From Eledone cirrhosa (taxonomy: Eukaryota), in the NCBI GenBank assembly GCA_964016885.1, contig OZ024741.1:290160001-290224000 (forward strand): a stretch of 64,000 nt of DNA, in the 5' to 3' direction. The translations under genes and the position numbers were made by a program. The number at the start of each line of letters is the position of its first letter. The stretch's first letter is position 1. The notes beneath the pieces are model-generated. The model saw only the letters and a list, made by a program, of their open reading frames with translations, had not been told where the DNA came from and ran no database searches. Positions 45,865 through 56,999 of the stretch are shown in pieces.

Positions 45865-45917
45865 CTGCTATATATATTTCGGTGACAGCCATCTTTGGCT
45901 GTGACCTCTTCAGACAG
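45865..45917 (-). ncRNA. Type I hammerhead ribozyme (left arm)
   Basis: Minus: ctgt-CTGAAGA-ggtcacagcca aaga tggctgtcacc-GAAA-tatat-ATA-gcag. Confidence 0.75.
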
Positions 45918-46100
45918 TCCGAATTAGTGTGGTAGAGACGAGTACACATGTTGTTAAGGTGTTTAACTTTGTCAATACTCTGATATGATTCCAGTTCCTC
46001 AGTGAAATAACCACCCAACCAGGAACTGGGCATATCAGAGTATTGACAAAGTTAAACACCTCAACAACATGTGTACTCATCTCTACCACACTAATTCGGA

Positions 46101-46153
46101 CTGCCTGAAGAGGTTACAGCCAAAGATGGCTGTCACCGAAATATATATAGCAG
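46101..46153 (+). ncRNA. Type I hammerhead ribozyme (right arm)
   Basis: ctgc-CTGAAGA-ggttacagcca aaga tggctgtcacc-GAAA-tatat-ATA-gcag; stem I ctgc/gcag, long stem II. Confidence 0.8.
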
Positions 46154-46302
46154 TAATAAACGAAGCCACATTTTAAACATTTGACTTATTTATTTTATTT
46201 TATTTTACATTACTCCGGAGTAACCAAACCAACCTGCGCACTTCGTCGAGTGCCTCCAATCTGCATACTGACGTGTTGGTATACAACCAACATATACTCA
46301 AA

Positions 46303-46352
<50 letters not shown>

Positions 46353-46389
46353 CTCTCTCTCTCTCTCTCTTTATATATATATATATATA

Positions 46390-47573
46390 CTAGCAGTTGA
46401 GCCCGGTTGCACCCGGGGCCACTTTTTATTAAGTTAATAATTTGACAAATATTATTGAAAGTTTATTATAAAGAAGCAGTTTCAGGAAAAAAAATAGAAA
46501 TATGCACTTGGGGCTGGACGGCGTACAATAAAAGTGGAGCGACGTGAAAAGCGTTGTTTATTAACAGCGAAATAGCAATGTGAATGATATGCAAGTTTGA
46601 AAATGCAGATTATGAAGGTTTGTACGATAGTTTACACTTTGATTTCCCTGGTCGGCAAGAGGGGCCTCTATATATTAGACGTTTATTAGAAGAGGGGGAA
46701 ATAACTAACTCCAGTATTAGAACAGGGGGTTCGCAATGTAAGGGTTTTATTTCTTTTGTTAGAAAACAGTGACCTTTTTCGGTTTGGCATTTCGTAAAAT
46801 TCTACTGCCGAATCGATTTCATAAAACGGTACTGTATGATCGTTATAGAAGTATTTTAATTTAATATAGAGCAACTGTAATTGAAAAATGAAAATGAAAC
46901 GTATTAACAGCGAAATAACGTTGTCTTTGATATGTTATTTTAAATAAGACAATGAATATTTTTAAAAAAAATGAATTAATTAACTCAGCAACCCAAAGGC
47001 TTATATATCCCATTCATTAAGTTTACTTGCATGTATTCTTTAAACTTTTCATTTGACTTTGAAAAATACTACTTACTGTTAAAGAATTAGAATTAAAATA
47101 AAAATGATATCGGAAAAAACGTACTTGAGAACATGCCTCCCTTCTTCGCAATTTAAGGGTTTTATTTCTTTTGGTGGAAAACAGTGACCGTTTTCGGTTT
47201 GGCATTTCGTAAAATGGTACTGCAGAATCGATTTCATAAAACGGTACTGTATGTTAACAGCGAAAGAACGCTGCGAAAGAACGCAGCGAAAGAAATTGAT
47301 GAGTTTAAACATTTGTATGAAATTGTAAATAAGACAATGAATATTGAAAGTAATAGAACAGGGGGAAATAACTCACCGAACGCGATAGTAAATAGTTTTG
47401 GGGCCCTAGGGACCACATTTTTCAAGTTAGAGATTTGAAACCTCGTCTATGTGCTGCCTTGGCACTTTTTACATAGGTGTGTAAATTTTCATGTCCGTCC
47501 GACCACGTCTACTACCATTTAACCGTGCACAACTGAATTTCAACCACCACCCATTTCACAAATATATATTAGA
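46390..47573 (-). mobile_element. Non-autonomous Helitron
   Basis: Minus strand A|TCtaatatata... ends ccccgggtgcaaccggg (hairpin) ctcaactgCTAG|T; inserted at A/T; internal duplication of about 110 bp (46728-46837 / 47144-47252). Confidence 0.8.
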
Positions 47574-47899
47574 TATATATATTTGTGTGCGTGCGTGTAT
47601 GGAGATGGAGAGAAAGAGAGCGAGTGAGTGATAGAGACGTTATATATAGCTCTCTCTATATAAGAATCAAATATATAGAGAAAGAGTCGTATAAATGAAA
47701 GGAGCGATCGCAATGTGAAGGTAGCATAGAAGTGAGAGGAAGGAGTAAGTTGAAGAATGTGGTAGGAGGAGACGTGTAGGAGACGTGTAGCTAAATTGAC
47801 TATTTTGGCTATAACAAAATATCCCCATTTCAGCTCTTGAGAGAAGTTTAAATAAATACTTATTCATACGTACATACAACCATACATAGCGACAAACGA

Positions 47900-48055
47900 A
47901 CTGGTGGAGTCGTTAAAACGTCGGACAGAATACTTTGTGGTATCCATTCCGGCATTCTGTTCTCTGAGTTCAAAATCCTCCCACAACGTCGTTGCTTTTC
48001 ATTCATTCGAGGTTGATAAAAAAGGAGATAGTCCAGTACTTGTGTCAATTCTCCC
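47900..48055 (+). mobile_element. Nin-type SINE, decayed
   Basis: ctggtggagtcgttaaaacgtcggac head, gagttcaaaatcc, ttttcattcattcgaggttgataaaa. Confidence 0.6.
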
Positions 48056-48116
48056 TCTATATCTCTTTCGTAATTCATCCTTACCCCTCTTTCTTTGGAT
48101 GTGATCGGCTGTATTC

Positions 48117-48196
48117 AAACTTTAAGTACTGTCAGGTTTTACATGCCCAAGCCACAATGACTCCTTCAGGAGTAACCGGTTCATAAAGTGATACAT
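48117..48196. repeat. 80-bp target-site duplication of the RTE element (left copy)
   Basis: Identical base for base to 52633-52712. Confidence 0.9.
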
Positions 48197-48262
48197 GATG
48201 GCTGCCCCCTCGTTATCGAGTATGGCCATTGCACAATAAAAAAAAAAAAAAATAAATAAATA

Positions 48263-48325
<63 letters not shown>

Positions 48326-48353
48326 TAAAAAAAAAAAAAAAAAAAGGGAAAAG

Positions 48354-48386
<33 letters not shown>

Positions 48387-48504
48387 TATACATATATATA
48401 TATATACACATATATATACACACACACATACATACACATACATACATATATACACACACACATACACATACACTCACACATATATACACACATACATTAA
48501 TAAC

Positions 48505-48550
<46 letters not shown>

Positions 48551-48629
48551 GCAATAATAATAATAACGACAACAACAATAGTAATATACATATTCATATA
48601 TATATACACACACACGCACGCACATAAGC

Positions 48630-48667
<38 letters not shown>

Positions 48668-48675
48668 GATAGCAA

Positions 48676-51600
48676 CTAACAGTGCTGCGATCGAATGTGG
48701 CTTTTCAGCCCAGCCAATGATCTAAAATGTCTTGCACAGAGTCGGCAACCAAAACATTTACTGGGAATAGTCGGCTGTGGTTGGAGTTCGTGTACTTTTG
48801 CATGTCGCTTGAGTCCTCCTGCTGATTTACATTCTCTACCACATGTTTGGCAAGCATGATGAGTAGCATCTCCAACAGCAGCCTGGTAGTCAACCACTGG
48901 TCTTACTTTATGACTGCGAAGATGACTTTCGAGTCCAGCTTTGCTTAGGCAGAGTCTCGCACAGACGCTGCATGTCAGAAACATAGGAGGACCCTCGCCG
49001 TCTGGAAGTGCAACAGCAATACCCTTCCTCACGTCCCGCTTTACTTTCTCGTGTGCGATTCGAGATGCCTCAAAGGCAACTTTTCCCTCATATACAGTCT
49101 TTCTCCATTTATTACGATCAGCAGCAATATTTTCCCATGTATCAGCAGAGATGTTAGCGTCTTTCAGAGAGGCCTTCAAGGAATCCTTATACCTCTTTTT
49201 TGGTTTATGTGGCGGTCGTTTTCCTTTAACCAACTCTCCATAGAAGAGTTGTTTTGGTATTCTAGAATCCTTCATCCTGGCAAGGTGACCACTCCAACGG
49301 AGTCGCTGCTTAAGCACAAGAGCTTCTATACTGTCACACATAGAGCTTTCCAAAATCTCGACATCACTGATGTGGTCCCTCCAGCGAACGCCATGTATCC
49401 GTCTGAGACACATCTGATGGAAACGCTCCAATTGCTTAAGGTGGCGTCGATATGTGACCCAGGTCTCGCAGGCATAAAGAAGACAAGAGAGTACACATGC
49501 CCTGTACACCTTTACCTTTGTCCTCCTGCATATGTCTCGCCGACCCCAGAGTCGCCTTTCTAGCTTTCCGAAAGCATCACTTGCTTTCCTAATCCTAAGT
49601 GAGATTTCACCGTCAAGGTTGCCGTATCGATTGACAGTGCTTCCCAGGTAGACAAACTGATCAACCACTCCAAGTCGTTTGCCATACACATAGATGTTTG
49701 GTTCAGTGTACTGCCCACCAGGTGCAGGTTGGTACATGACGACGGTTTTCTTGAGACTGACAGTCAAACCCAGGGCAGTGCAAGCGTCAGAAAATACATT
49801 CAAAATGTGCTGCATATCACTCTCTGTGTGCGCTACAAGATCGCAATCATCTGCATACAAGAGGTCTCTTATGACTGCTGTAAATACTTTTGTCTTCGCA
49901 GCAAAGCGCCTGATGTTAAATATGCTGCCTGAGGTTCGATATCGGATGTAAACACCATGCTCGCAATTCCTGAATGCAATACAGAAAACCATTGCAAAGT
50001 ATATGGCAAACAGGGTCGGTGCTGGAATATCCCCCTGTTTCACTCCATTTTTTACTGAGATAGGCTCCGACATGTTACCTCCGACATTAACCCAAGCCTT
50101 CATGTCGTCATGGAAAGACCTAACTAAAGCAAGGAACTTATCAGGGCAACCAAGTTTCTGGAGAACCTTCCATAATGCATCTCTGTTGACAGTATCGAAA
50201 GCCTTTGTCAGATCGACAAAAACCTGATACAGATCCAAGCCCTGTTCAATGCACTTCTCCTGGAGCTGTCTAGCTGAGAAGATCATATCAGTAGTGCCGC
50301 GTCCAACACGAAAACCAGATTGACTTTCAGGAAGGACACAATCTGTAATGTGTGTCAGCAGACGGTCCAGAAGCACCCTACATAAAACTTTCCCCACGAC
50401 AGAAAGCAATGATATACCTCTGTAGTTCCCACAATCATTCCTGTTACCCTTTCCCTTGTACAAGACCACCATTACTGCATCTCTCCAGTCCTCAGGCACG
50501 GATTCATTAGCCCATATCCCTCCAAACAGAGAGTGAAGATGTTGCAGGAGTCTCTCACCACCATATTGTAGGAGCTCAGCATGTATGCCATCCATACCTG
50601 GAGATCTTCCACTGTTCAGCTTCGAAATAGCCACTGCAACCTCCACAAGTGTCGGAGGTTCTGCGAGAGCTACTTTCACAGGACTTTCCGGAATGAGATT
50701 GAGGAAATCTTCACTGACGACAGACGGCTGATTCAAAAGATCATCAAAGTGCTCTCGCCACCTTCGTAGAATTCCCTGTGAGTCACGAAGAAGTTCTTTG
50801 CCATCCCTGCTGCGAATCGGTGTCACCAGAGAAGAAGACGGTCCATAAACCTCACGCAAGAGACTGTACAACAGCTTTGTGTTATTGCAATCAGACGCAG
50901 TTTGTATCTCACCAGCCTTCTCACTCCACCACTGATCCTTCATCTGAGAAAGACTCCGCCTAACACGTGATTTTACATCCCTGAGCTCCTCATGCAACGT
51001 ATTCCTCTCCTGTGGTTTTGCCGTCAAGTAGCGTGACAGAGCGCGCCTCTTATCAGCCAACAAGTCATCTATATGCACATCTTTCTCATTAAACCAGTCC
51101 TGATGTTTTCTCTGCACCAATCCCAGAACACGTCTGCCTACATCATAAACCGACTTTTTAAGGGTCGGCCAATCCTCACCAAGATCTGCAGCCTGCATCT
51201 CTTCTTCCAATGTCCTCTTCACATTTTTATCCTTAAGACGAGCAGCATTCAATCTTTTGGGCAGGGTAACACCAGGAGCCCGGATTTTACGTTTGGTGAT
51301 TAGATTCACTTTTGCGCGTACCAGGCGGTGGTCCGTCCAGCACTCAGCTCCACGAAGAACACGAACACACTGCACATCCTGTCTGTCACGCATCCTGACT
51401 AGGACGTAGTCCAAAAGATGCCATTCCTTAGATGCAGGATGCATCCATGTGGTCTTGAATTTGTTCTTTTGTTGGAACATGGTGTTGGTAACACACAGAT
51501 CCAGCTCCTCACACATCTGCAGCAAGAGCATACCATTGCTGTTACACTTTCCCACCCCATGCCTTCCGATTACATTCCATGTGTTAAAATCCCTACCCAC

Positions 51601-52122
51601 TCTAGCATTAAAGTCACCAAGCACGATGACTTTGTCTGCCTGAGGGATATTTCTTAAAACACCTTTCAAGGCATGGTAAAAGGACAGTTTTTCTTCATCG
51701 ACAGAATTCATAGTTGGAGCATACACACTCACCAGGGTAGCATATCTTCCCTTGTCCAGCGGAACTCTCATGGACATAAGACGCTCACTAATCCCCACTG
51801 GGAATTCTTCTAATTTATTCACCAGTACAGTCTTAACAGCAAATCCTACCCCAGCCTCTCTTCTGGTTCCTTCATCTCTTCCTTTCCAGAAGAATGTATA
51901 TTCTCCACAAAATTCCGTAAGATGACCATCTCCAGCTAACCTCGTCTCAGACAAAGCCACGATGTCAAGATCGTAACGTCGAAGCTCCTTCGCAACAAGA
52001 GCGGTCCTTCGTTCAGGACGCTCCAAAGAATCCCTGTCAAGCAGCGTCCGTACGTTCCAGCAGCCAAGACTAAATGCCCTGTTTGGCTCTATTACAATGG
52101 CACGATGACGGGCGGGCCCAGG
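48676..52122 (-). CDS. RTE polyprotein: APE endonuclease - reverse transcriptase - three C2H2 zinc fingers
   Basis: Uninterrupted frame, open 32 codons upstream of the track start and including LGCWNVRTL; ALSETR, VYAP, LGDFNA, LDYV, TDH; YRGISLLS, QSGFR, DLTKAFD, GVKQGD, LLYADD, YLGS; CxxC-x12-H-x3/4-H three times. True start codon uncertain. Confidence 0.95.
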   Translation of the reverse strand, partial: PGPARHRAIVIEPNRAFSLGCWNVRTLLDRDSLERPERRTALVAKELRRYDLDIVALSETRLAGDGHLTEFCGEYTFFWKGRDEGTRREAGVGFAVKTVLVNKLEEFPVGISERLMSMRVPLDKGRYATLVSVYAPTMNSVDEEKLSFYHALKGVLRNIPQADKVIVLGDFNARVGRDFNTWNVIGRHGVGKCNSNGMLLLQMCEELDLCVTNTMFQQKNKFKTTWMHPASKEWHLLDYVLVRMRDRQDVQCVRVLRGAECWTDHRLVRAKVNLITKRKIRAPGVTLPKRLNAARLKDKNVKRTLEEEMQAADLGEDWPTLKKSVYDVGRRVLGLVQRKHQDWFNEKDVHIDDLLADKRRALSRYLTAKPQERNTLHEELRDVKSRVRRSLSQMKDQWWSEKAGEIQTASDCNNTKLLYSLLREVYGPSSSLVTPIRSRDGKELLRDSQGILRRWREHFDDLLNQPSVVSEDFLNLIPESPVKVALAEPPTLVEVAVAISKLNSGRSPGMDGIHAELLQYGGERLLQHLHSLFGGIWANESVPEDWRDAVMVVLYKGKGNRNDCGNYRGISLLSVVGKVLCRVLLDRLLTHITDCVLPESQSGFRVGRGTTDMIFSARQLQEKCIEQGLDLYQVFVDLTKAFDTVNRDALWKVLQKLGCPDKFLALVRSFHDDMKAWVNVGGNMSEPISVKNGVKQGDIPAPTLFAIYFAMVFCIAFRNCEHGVYIRYRTSGSIFNIRRFAAKTKVFTAVIRDLLYADDCDLVAHTESDMQHILNVFSDACTALGLTVSLKKTVVMYQPAPGGQYTEPNIYVYGKRLGVVDQFVYLGSTVNRYGNLDGEISLRIRKASDAFGKLERRLWGRRDICRRTKVKVYRACVLSCLLYACETWVTYRRHLKQLERFHQMCLRRIHGVRWRDHISDVEILESSMCDSIEALVLKQRLRWSGHLARMKDSRIPKQLFYGELVKGKRPPHKPKKRYKDSLKASLKDANISADTWENIAADRNKWRKTVYEGKVAFEASRIAHEKVKRDVRKGIAVALPDGEGPPMFLTCSVCARLCLSKAGLESHLRSHKVRPVVDYQAAVGDATHHACQTCGRECKSAGGLKRHAKVHELQPQPTIPSKCFGCRLCARHFRSLAGLKSHIRSQHC

Positions 52123-52221
52123 TTATGATAACTTGGGGCCCCTGCCCTTATTGCCAATGATCTTTTTTGTTCCAGAACCCAAATTGGCAATTATCTCGTT
52201 TACATTGTTCTGGGACATCAT
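52123..52221 (-). CDS. 32-aa upstream ORF in frame with the RTE ORF
   Basis: ATG ATG at 52221: MMSQNNVNEIIANLGSGTKKIIGNKGRGPKLS then TAA (52125-52123); same frame as the pol ORF. Confidence 0.5.
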   Translation of the reverse strand: MMSQNNVNEIIANLGSGTKKIIGNKGRGPKLS

Positions 52222-52229
52222 TGAATTGG

Positions 52230-52267
<38 letters not shown>

Positions 52268-52272
52268 TAATA

Positions 52273-52310
<38 letters not shown>

Positions 52311-52632
52311 ACACTATTAATAATTATTAATGCACTCGTGCAATGCCTGTGCGTGACGAATATTTTTAAAGTGAGGAAAGACTGTGCACTGAACCAATCC
52401 CACTCTCTGAGCGACAGTAGCTATAACCCGAAAAGAAGAAAAGATCAACATCATCGGTAACTACTGAGCCGCAGGTTTTATATCGGAGTTAACCCAGTTT
52501 CCTGAGATGCCTTCTCCTAGAAGAATACCCTGACATGGGCTAGGGGTTCTTCACTCCCAGTGGTTTAACTGCGCGATCGGGCATCCAGCCCGATTATTTC
52601 TATGTCCCCGCGCAAAAAAAAAAAAAAAAAAA

Positions 52633-52712
52633 AAACTTTAAGTACTGTCAGGTTTTACATGCCCAAGCCACAATGACTCCTTCAGGAGTAACCGGTTCAT
52701 AAAGTGATACAT
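52633..52712. repeat. 80-bp target-site duplication of the RTE element (right copy)
   Basis: Identical to 48117-48196. Confidence 0.9.
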
Positions 52713-52720
52713 ACATACAT

Positions 52721-52755
<35 letters not shown>

Positions 52756-53068
52756 TGATGTCTGCAAACTCTGCTAATAGTATTGCAATCGCTTGTCCGA
52801 TTACAGAAAATGGTACACTTTTAGGCTTCGGCCCTCCACACGGACCTGTAACATAACCTGAACAAGCAATGCCTGTGCTTTGAAGGTTTTTTAAGTGGGG
52901 AAATGACTTGACCAATCCCACTCTCTGAGCATCGAAAACACTACCCGAAAAGAACTGGTCAACATCATCGGATGCTTCCGAAGTCGCAGGTTTTTTTAAA
53001 GAGTTTCCCTCTATTAGAAAGGTGTTGTGTCAATAACTGGGGGCCTTTCAATCCTAGGTGAAAAAAAT
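52713..53068 (-). mobile_element. Internally deleted RTE derivative family B, 5'-truncated, with (TCTG)n(TATG)n tail
   Basis: Reverse complement is colinear with about 36050-36380. Confidence 0.8.
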
Positions 53069-53071
53069 GCA

Positions 53072-53421
53072 TGCATACATACATACATACATACATACAT
53101 ACATACATACATACATACATACATACATACATACATAGTGGCTGCCAACTCGTTTTCGAGTAAGGCCACTACTTTATATCCATGTAGGAGAACCCCTACC
53201 GATGCGCTGAACGAGTGTGACTTTTTAGTCCAGCGAGCGACTTGAAAACTCTGGTACAAACACTACACTTGTGACAATTATTGACACATAGTGCTGGGCC
53301 CATGGTACCATGTGATGACAAGTGCAGAGAGATCTCCAGATATAAAGCAATGCCTGTGCCGTGAAGCTTTTATAGTGAGCAAAGACACTGCACAAAGCCA
53401 GTCCCACTCTCTTAACCAAGA

Positions 53422-53428
<7 letters not shown>
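53072..53428 (-). mobile_element. Internally deleted RTE derivative family A, 5'-truncated, with (TATG)n tail
   Basis: Reverse complement is nearly identical to about 4510-4803. Confidence 0.9.
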
Positions 53429-53454
<26 letters not shown>

Positions 53455-53880
53455 CAAAACAATATTTGGAATTTATCATACCGATGATTTCTTTATGGTT
53501 TAGCAAGGATTTCTTGTTTCAGACGTTTTGCATTATTATTTTGTTTTATATTTTACGTTATACTTTTGAATTATTAGTATCACTTTATTTTTTTCTCGAT
53601 TGTTTAGTTTTATTATTTCTTTCATTTCAAATTGAGAAATATCTTCTAATTTCTCTTTATATTTACCGTCTTTTGTTTTCGGTTTCAATATTCCTATTTG
53701 AGTAGAGCTGATGCAACACAACACTATCATTTTGAAATACAGTAGTGGTTTCAGGCTTATGATACTGATGCTTCTGTCTGCTTTGAATACTTCAGTTTTC
53801 ATTGTTATTTCTAAATTTAGATTGTCAGGGCGTTGGTTTCTGCCTATACGATATTCTATTTTCCAAATCTACCTCATATC

Positions 53881-53958
<78 letters not shown>

Positions 53959-54087
53959 TTATATTTATATATATTTATATTTATATATATTTATATTTAT
54001 ATATATTTATATTTATATATATATATATTTATATATATATATATTTATATTTATATATATATATATTTATATTTATATATATATATT

Positions 54088-54134
<47 letters not shown>

Positions 54135-54149
54135 TAAAATTGGTATAGA

Positions 54150-54352
54150 TATCGAAGGATTTAGAGACCTCAGTCTGTGGGATGAGTTATGTATAATCAG
54201 TTACGACAGTGACATTACGCAGATACTTAAGTTTCGTTGGGTTTAACACCGTGTCATTCAGTCTACCATATTATGCTGGAGCTCATAATAAGGAAGACTG
54301 AATGGATTGGTGTTAAACCCAATGAAACTTAAGTATCTGCACAATGCCACTG
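54150..54352. mobile_element. Foldback element with degenerate hammerhead-like arms
   Basis: Inverted arms 54207-54352; aga-CTGAATG..-GAAA-cttaa-GTA-tct in both arms. Confidence 0.55.
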
Positions 54353-54354
54353 AC

Positions 54355-54451
<97 letters not shown>

Positions 54452-54456
54452 ATATA

Positions 54457-55090
54457 TCTATATATATATATATAAATCTAGTTTTCTGTATGTGTGTGTA
54501 TGTGTGTGTGGACAATTTTTAAAGAGGGCTCATATATTCTAAACCATTTATGCGATTTCTTTGACATTTTTTACAGAGCTGCTCCTTGCACAAAACCTGT
54601 ACATGATCTACAAAGGCTTTCAGCAATCGATATTGGGGCCTTTGGAGACATTAAAAATTTTCGGTTATTTGTGTCAATTTTCGTGATTAAGTAAGATAAG
54701 AGTTATCTTTCGTCAATATTTCGTGATTAAGTAAGACAAGAGTTATCTTTCGTCAATACAATAGGAACTCATTTTTGATGTTGTCAAAAATTTTGTTTGG
54801 GGATTTTGATTATTACAATTCGGCTTATTCGGATTTTACTTTACTCTTTGTACTTGAAACTCTTTGTACTGTTGTCCAAAAAATGTATACCTAGACTGGA
54901 TTTCTGTTGTTACATGGGATAACGGATGACACTGAGCTCACATATTAATTATTTCGCTGGAATAGTGCCTAAGGTTTTCATGTTTACATAAAGTACGTTT
55001 TTCTTCTAAGTATTCAAGTTTACTTTGTTTGGTTTAATGAGCTACATCGAAAGCTACTTAAACCGTCCAAAGGACGGGTACTTTAGCTAG
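54457..55090 (+). mobile_element. Non-autonomous Helitron
   Basis: A|TCtatatata start; 3' hairpin ccgtcc-aaa-ggacgg followed by CTAG|T; internal tandem duplication of about 40 bp near 54673-54758. Confidence 0.7.
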
Positions 55091-55244
<154 letters not shown>

Positions 55245-56999
55245 ATTCAAAATTAGAAAAAATTAAGGTTATGAATTTACATTTATTACTTTCTTTCTAC
55301 GTTCGTTTCAATACGGTTATAATGGTATAAACATTTGCAGAACAACTGGAAATGATTAGTTAATTAACTATACCATACATATTACCTATAATCCTTAGGA
55401 AATTTACAAAGAATATAAATAAACTTTAACATCCCCACACAATATATATTCACACAATATTGTTTATTATTAACAAGTAATGAATCTTGATACTCTAGAG
55501 GTTTAGAGAAACAGACTAAATGTGCTTGATGTCTGTTGATTGTATTTTTGAGGTGTATTCTTTCTTTTAAATATTCTATTTTATTTTCCGTTATTCAGTT
55601 TTTTCGTTTTTATTATGTATTTTCATATGAGCGCATCTCCCTTACCATCCTCTGGGGAAACGCCTTCTCCATTCTGTGCGCCGAACTGTGGAGAGGCTAA
55701 CAGGTGGGACCCCATTTGCTCACCATACAGAGAGATGGGGAGGGTGACAGAGATGGAGGCGATGACAGTGGGAGTTCGGCTCTTCCACGTTCAGACCATA
55801 TCCTTGTGGTTGTGTTCATTATCTATAGAATTCATTCTCCAGTCTCCTTCACATACTACTTATTTCGTTACCAATGTTAACTTGTTCGTTGTGATTCAGC
55901 GTCATAATAAATTCTCTCATTTTACCTTGAAATTTTTATTTGTGGAAAAAAAAAGACTTTGCGAGACATTTAACGTTCTTTTAAGATTTTCAGACTTTGA
56001 TTTTTCTGGGGTTTTTTTTGTTCTTTATTTTTTTGTTTGTTCGTTTTCTTTTTGCAAACCAAAGGAGCAAAATCTGGGCCTTTGTTTATTTAAGTTGTGA
56101 TCATTTTCATTGGGCAACTGTTTATCTGTGGAGCTTTGCACGTGAGAGTACATGTTATTGACCTTGGGCTTGATGAAATATTTTTTGTTGTTTTTTCCCG
56201 TTACTTCTGGAGTTTTGGTTATGTATCTGTCTGTGTGTTTTAATCATTCTAAAAGCACCTATCATTATAGGGATTGTTTCTGTTTTCATCATTCACATTC
56301 GAGTTATTTCTAATTCCAGATTATTATTATTATAATTGTTGTTGTTGTTATTGCTTTTAGTCTTATCCTTAGCCGTTATCATTAAATAATTGGCCTATTA
56401 TGTTCTGTTTTCTATATGAGATCTCAATTAACAAATACAATGGACCAAAATATGGCAGACATGAGCTAATATGAGGTACACGCTGTTTAATTTCTACTTC
56501 CGACTTTCAACATTAAACTTCCGGTTGCTGGTTGTTGGTTTATTTTTTACGGCAGAACTGCTTAACAGCAACACACACACAAAATAACAAACAAATGCGC
56601 AAACAATGAAACTAAATAGAAATTAATAAATTAGGGGGAAAATACAGCGAAAAAGAAACATATCAATAAATAAACAAACAAAAAAACTCTTCCAAAGTTT
56701 ATATCAAACAGAAGAAACCAACCTATATAAAGGGGAGAAAGTGGAGAGCGACTGTCATGATGATGAAGATCATGGTGATGATGATGATGATGAGTGTAGT
56801 GAAGGTTGTGGTGGTGGTAGTGGTGGTGGCGGGTTTGTTTAGGTGGTGTTAGTAGTGGTGGATTTGATACTGATGATGATGATGATGATGATGGTGTTAA
56901 TGGCAATAGTGATGTTAGTGATGATGATGGTGATGATAAAATTAGAGAGGGTTGTTGTTGTGGTGGTGGTGGTGTTAGTGATGTTGGTAGGGTTTCTAC

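Larger units (their letters stand above)
48197..52632 (-). mobile_element. Near full-length, apparently intact RTE-clade LINE
   Basis: 5'UTR with ttctaggagaagg block, single EN-RT ORF, 3' terminal hairpin ggccatactcgataacgagggggcagcc+atcatgtat, flanked by 80-bp TSD. Confidence 0.95.

Noticed and set aside
48705-51657. Short ORFs overlapping or antisense to the RTE ORF
   Set aside because: Shadow ORFs of a long coding frame; no recognisable motifs.
48117-52712. 80-bp flanking direct repeats read as LTRs
   Set aside because: The enclosed ORF is a non-LTR APE-RT with no gag/integrase; no TG..CA or PBS; the geometry fits a TSD.
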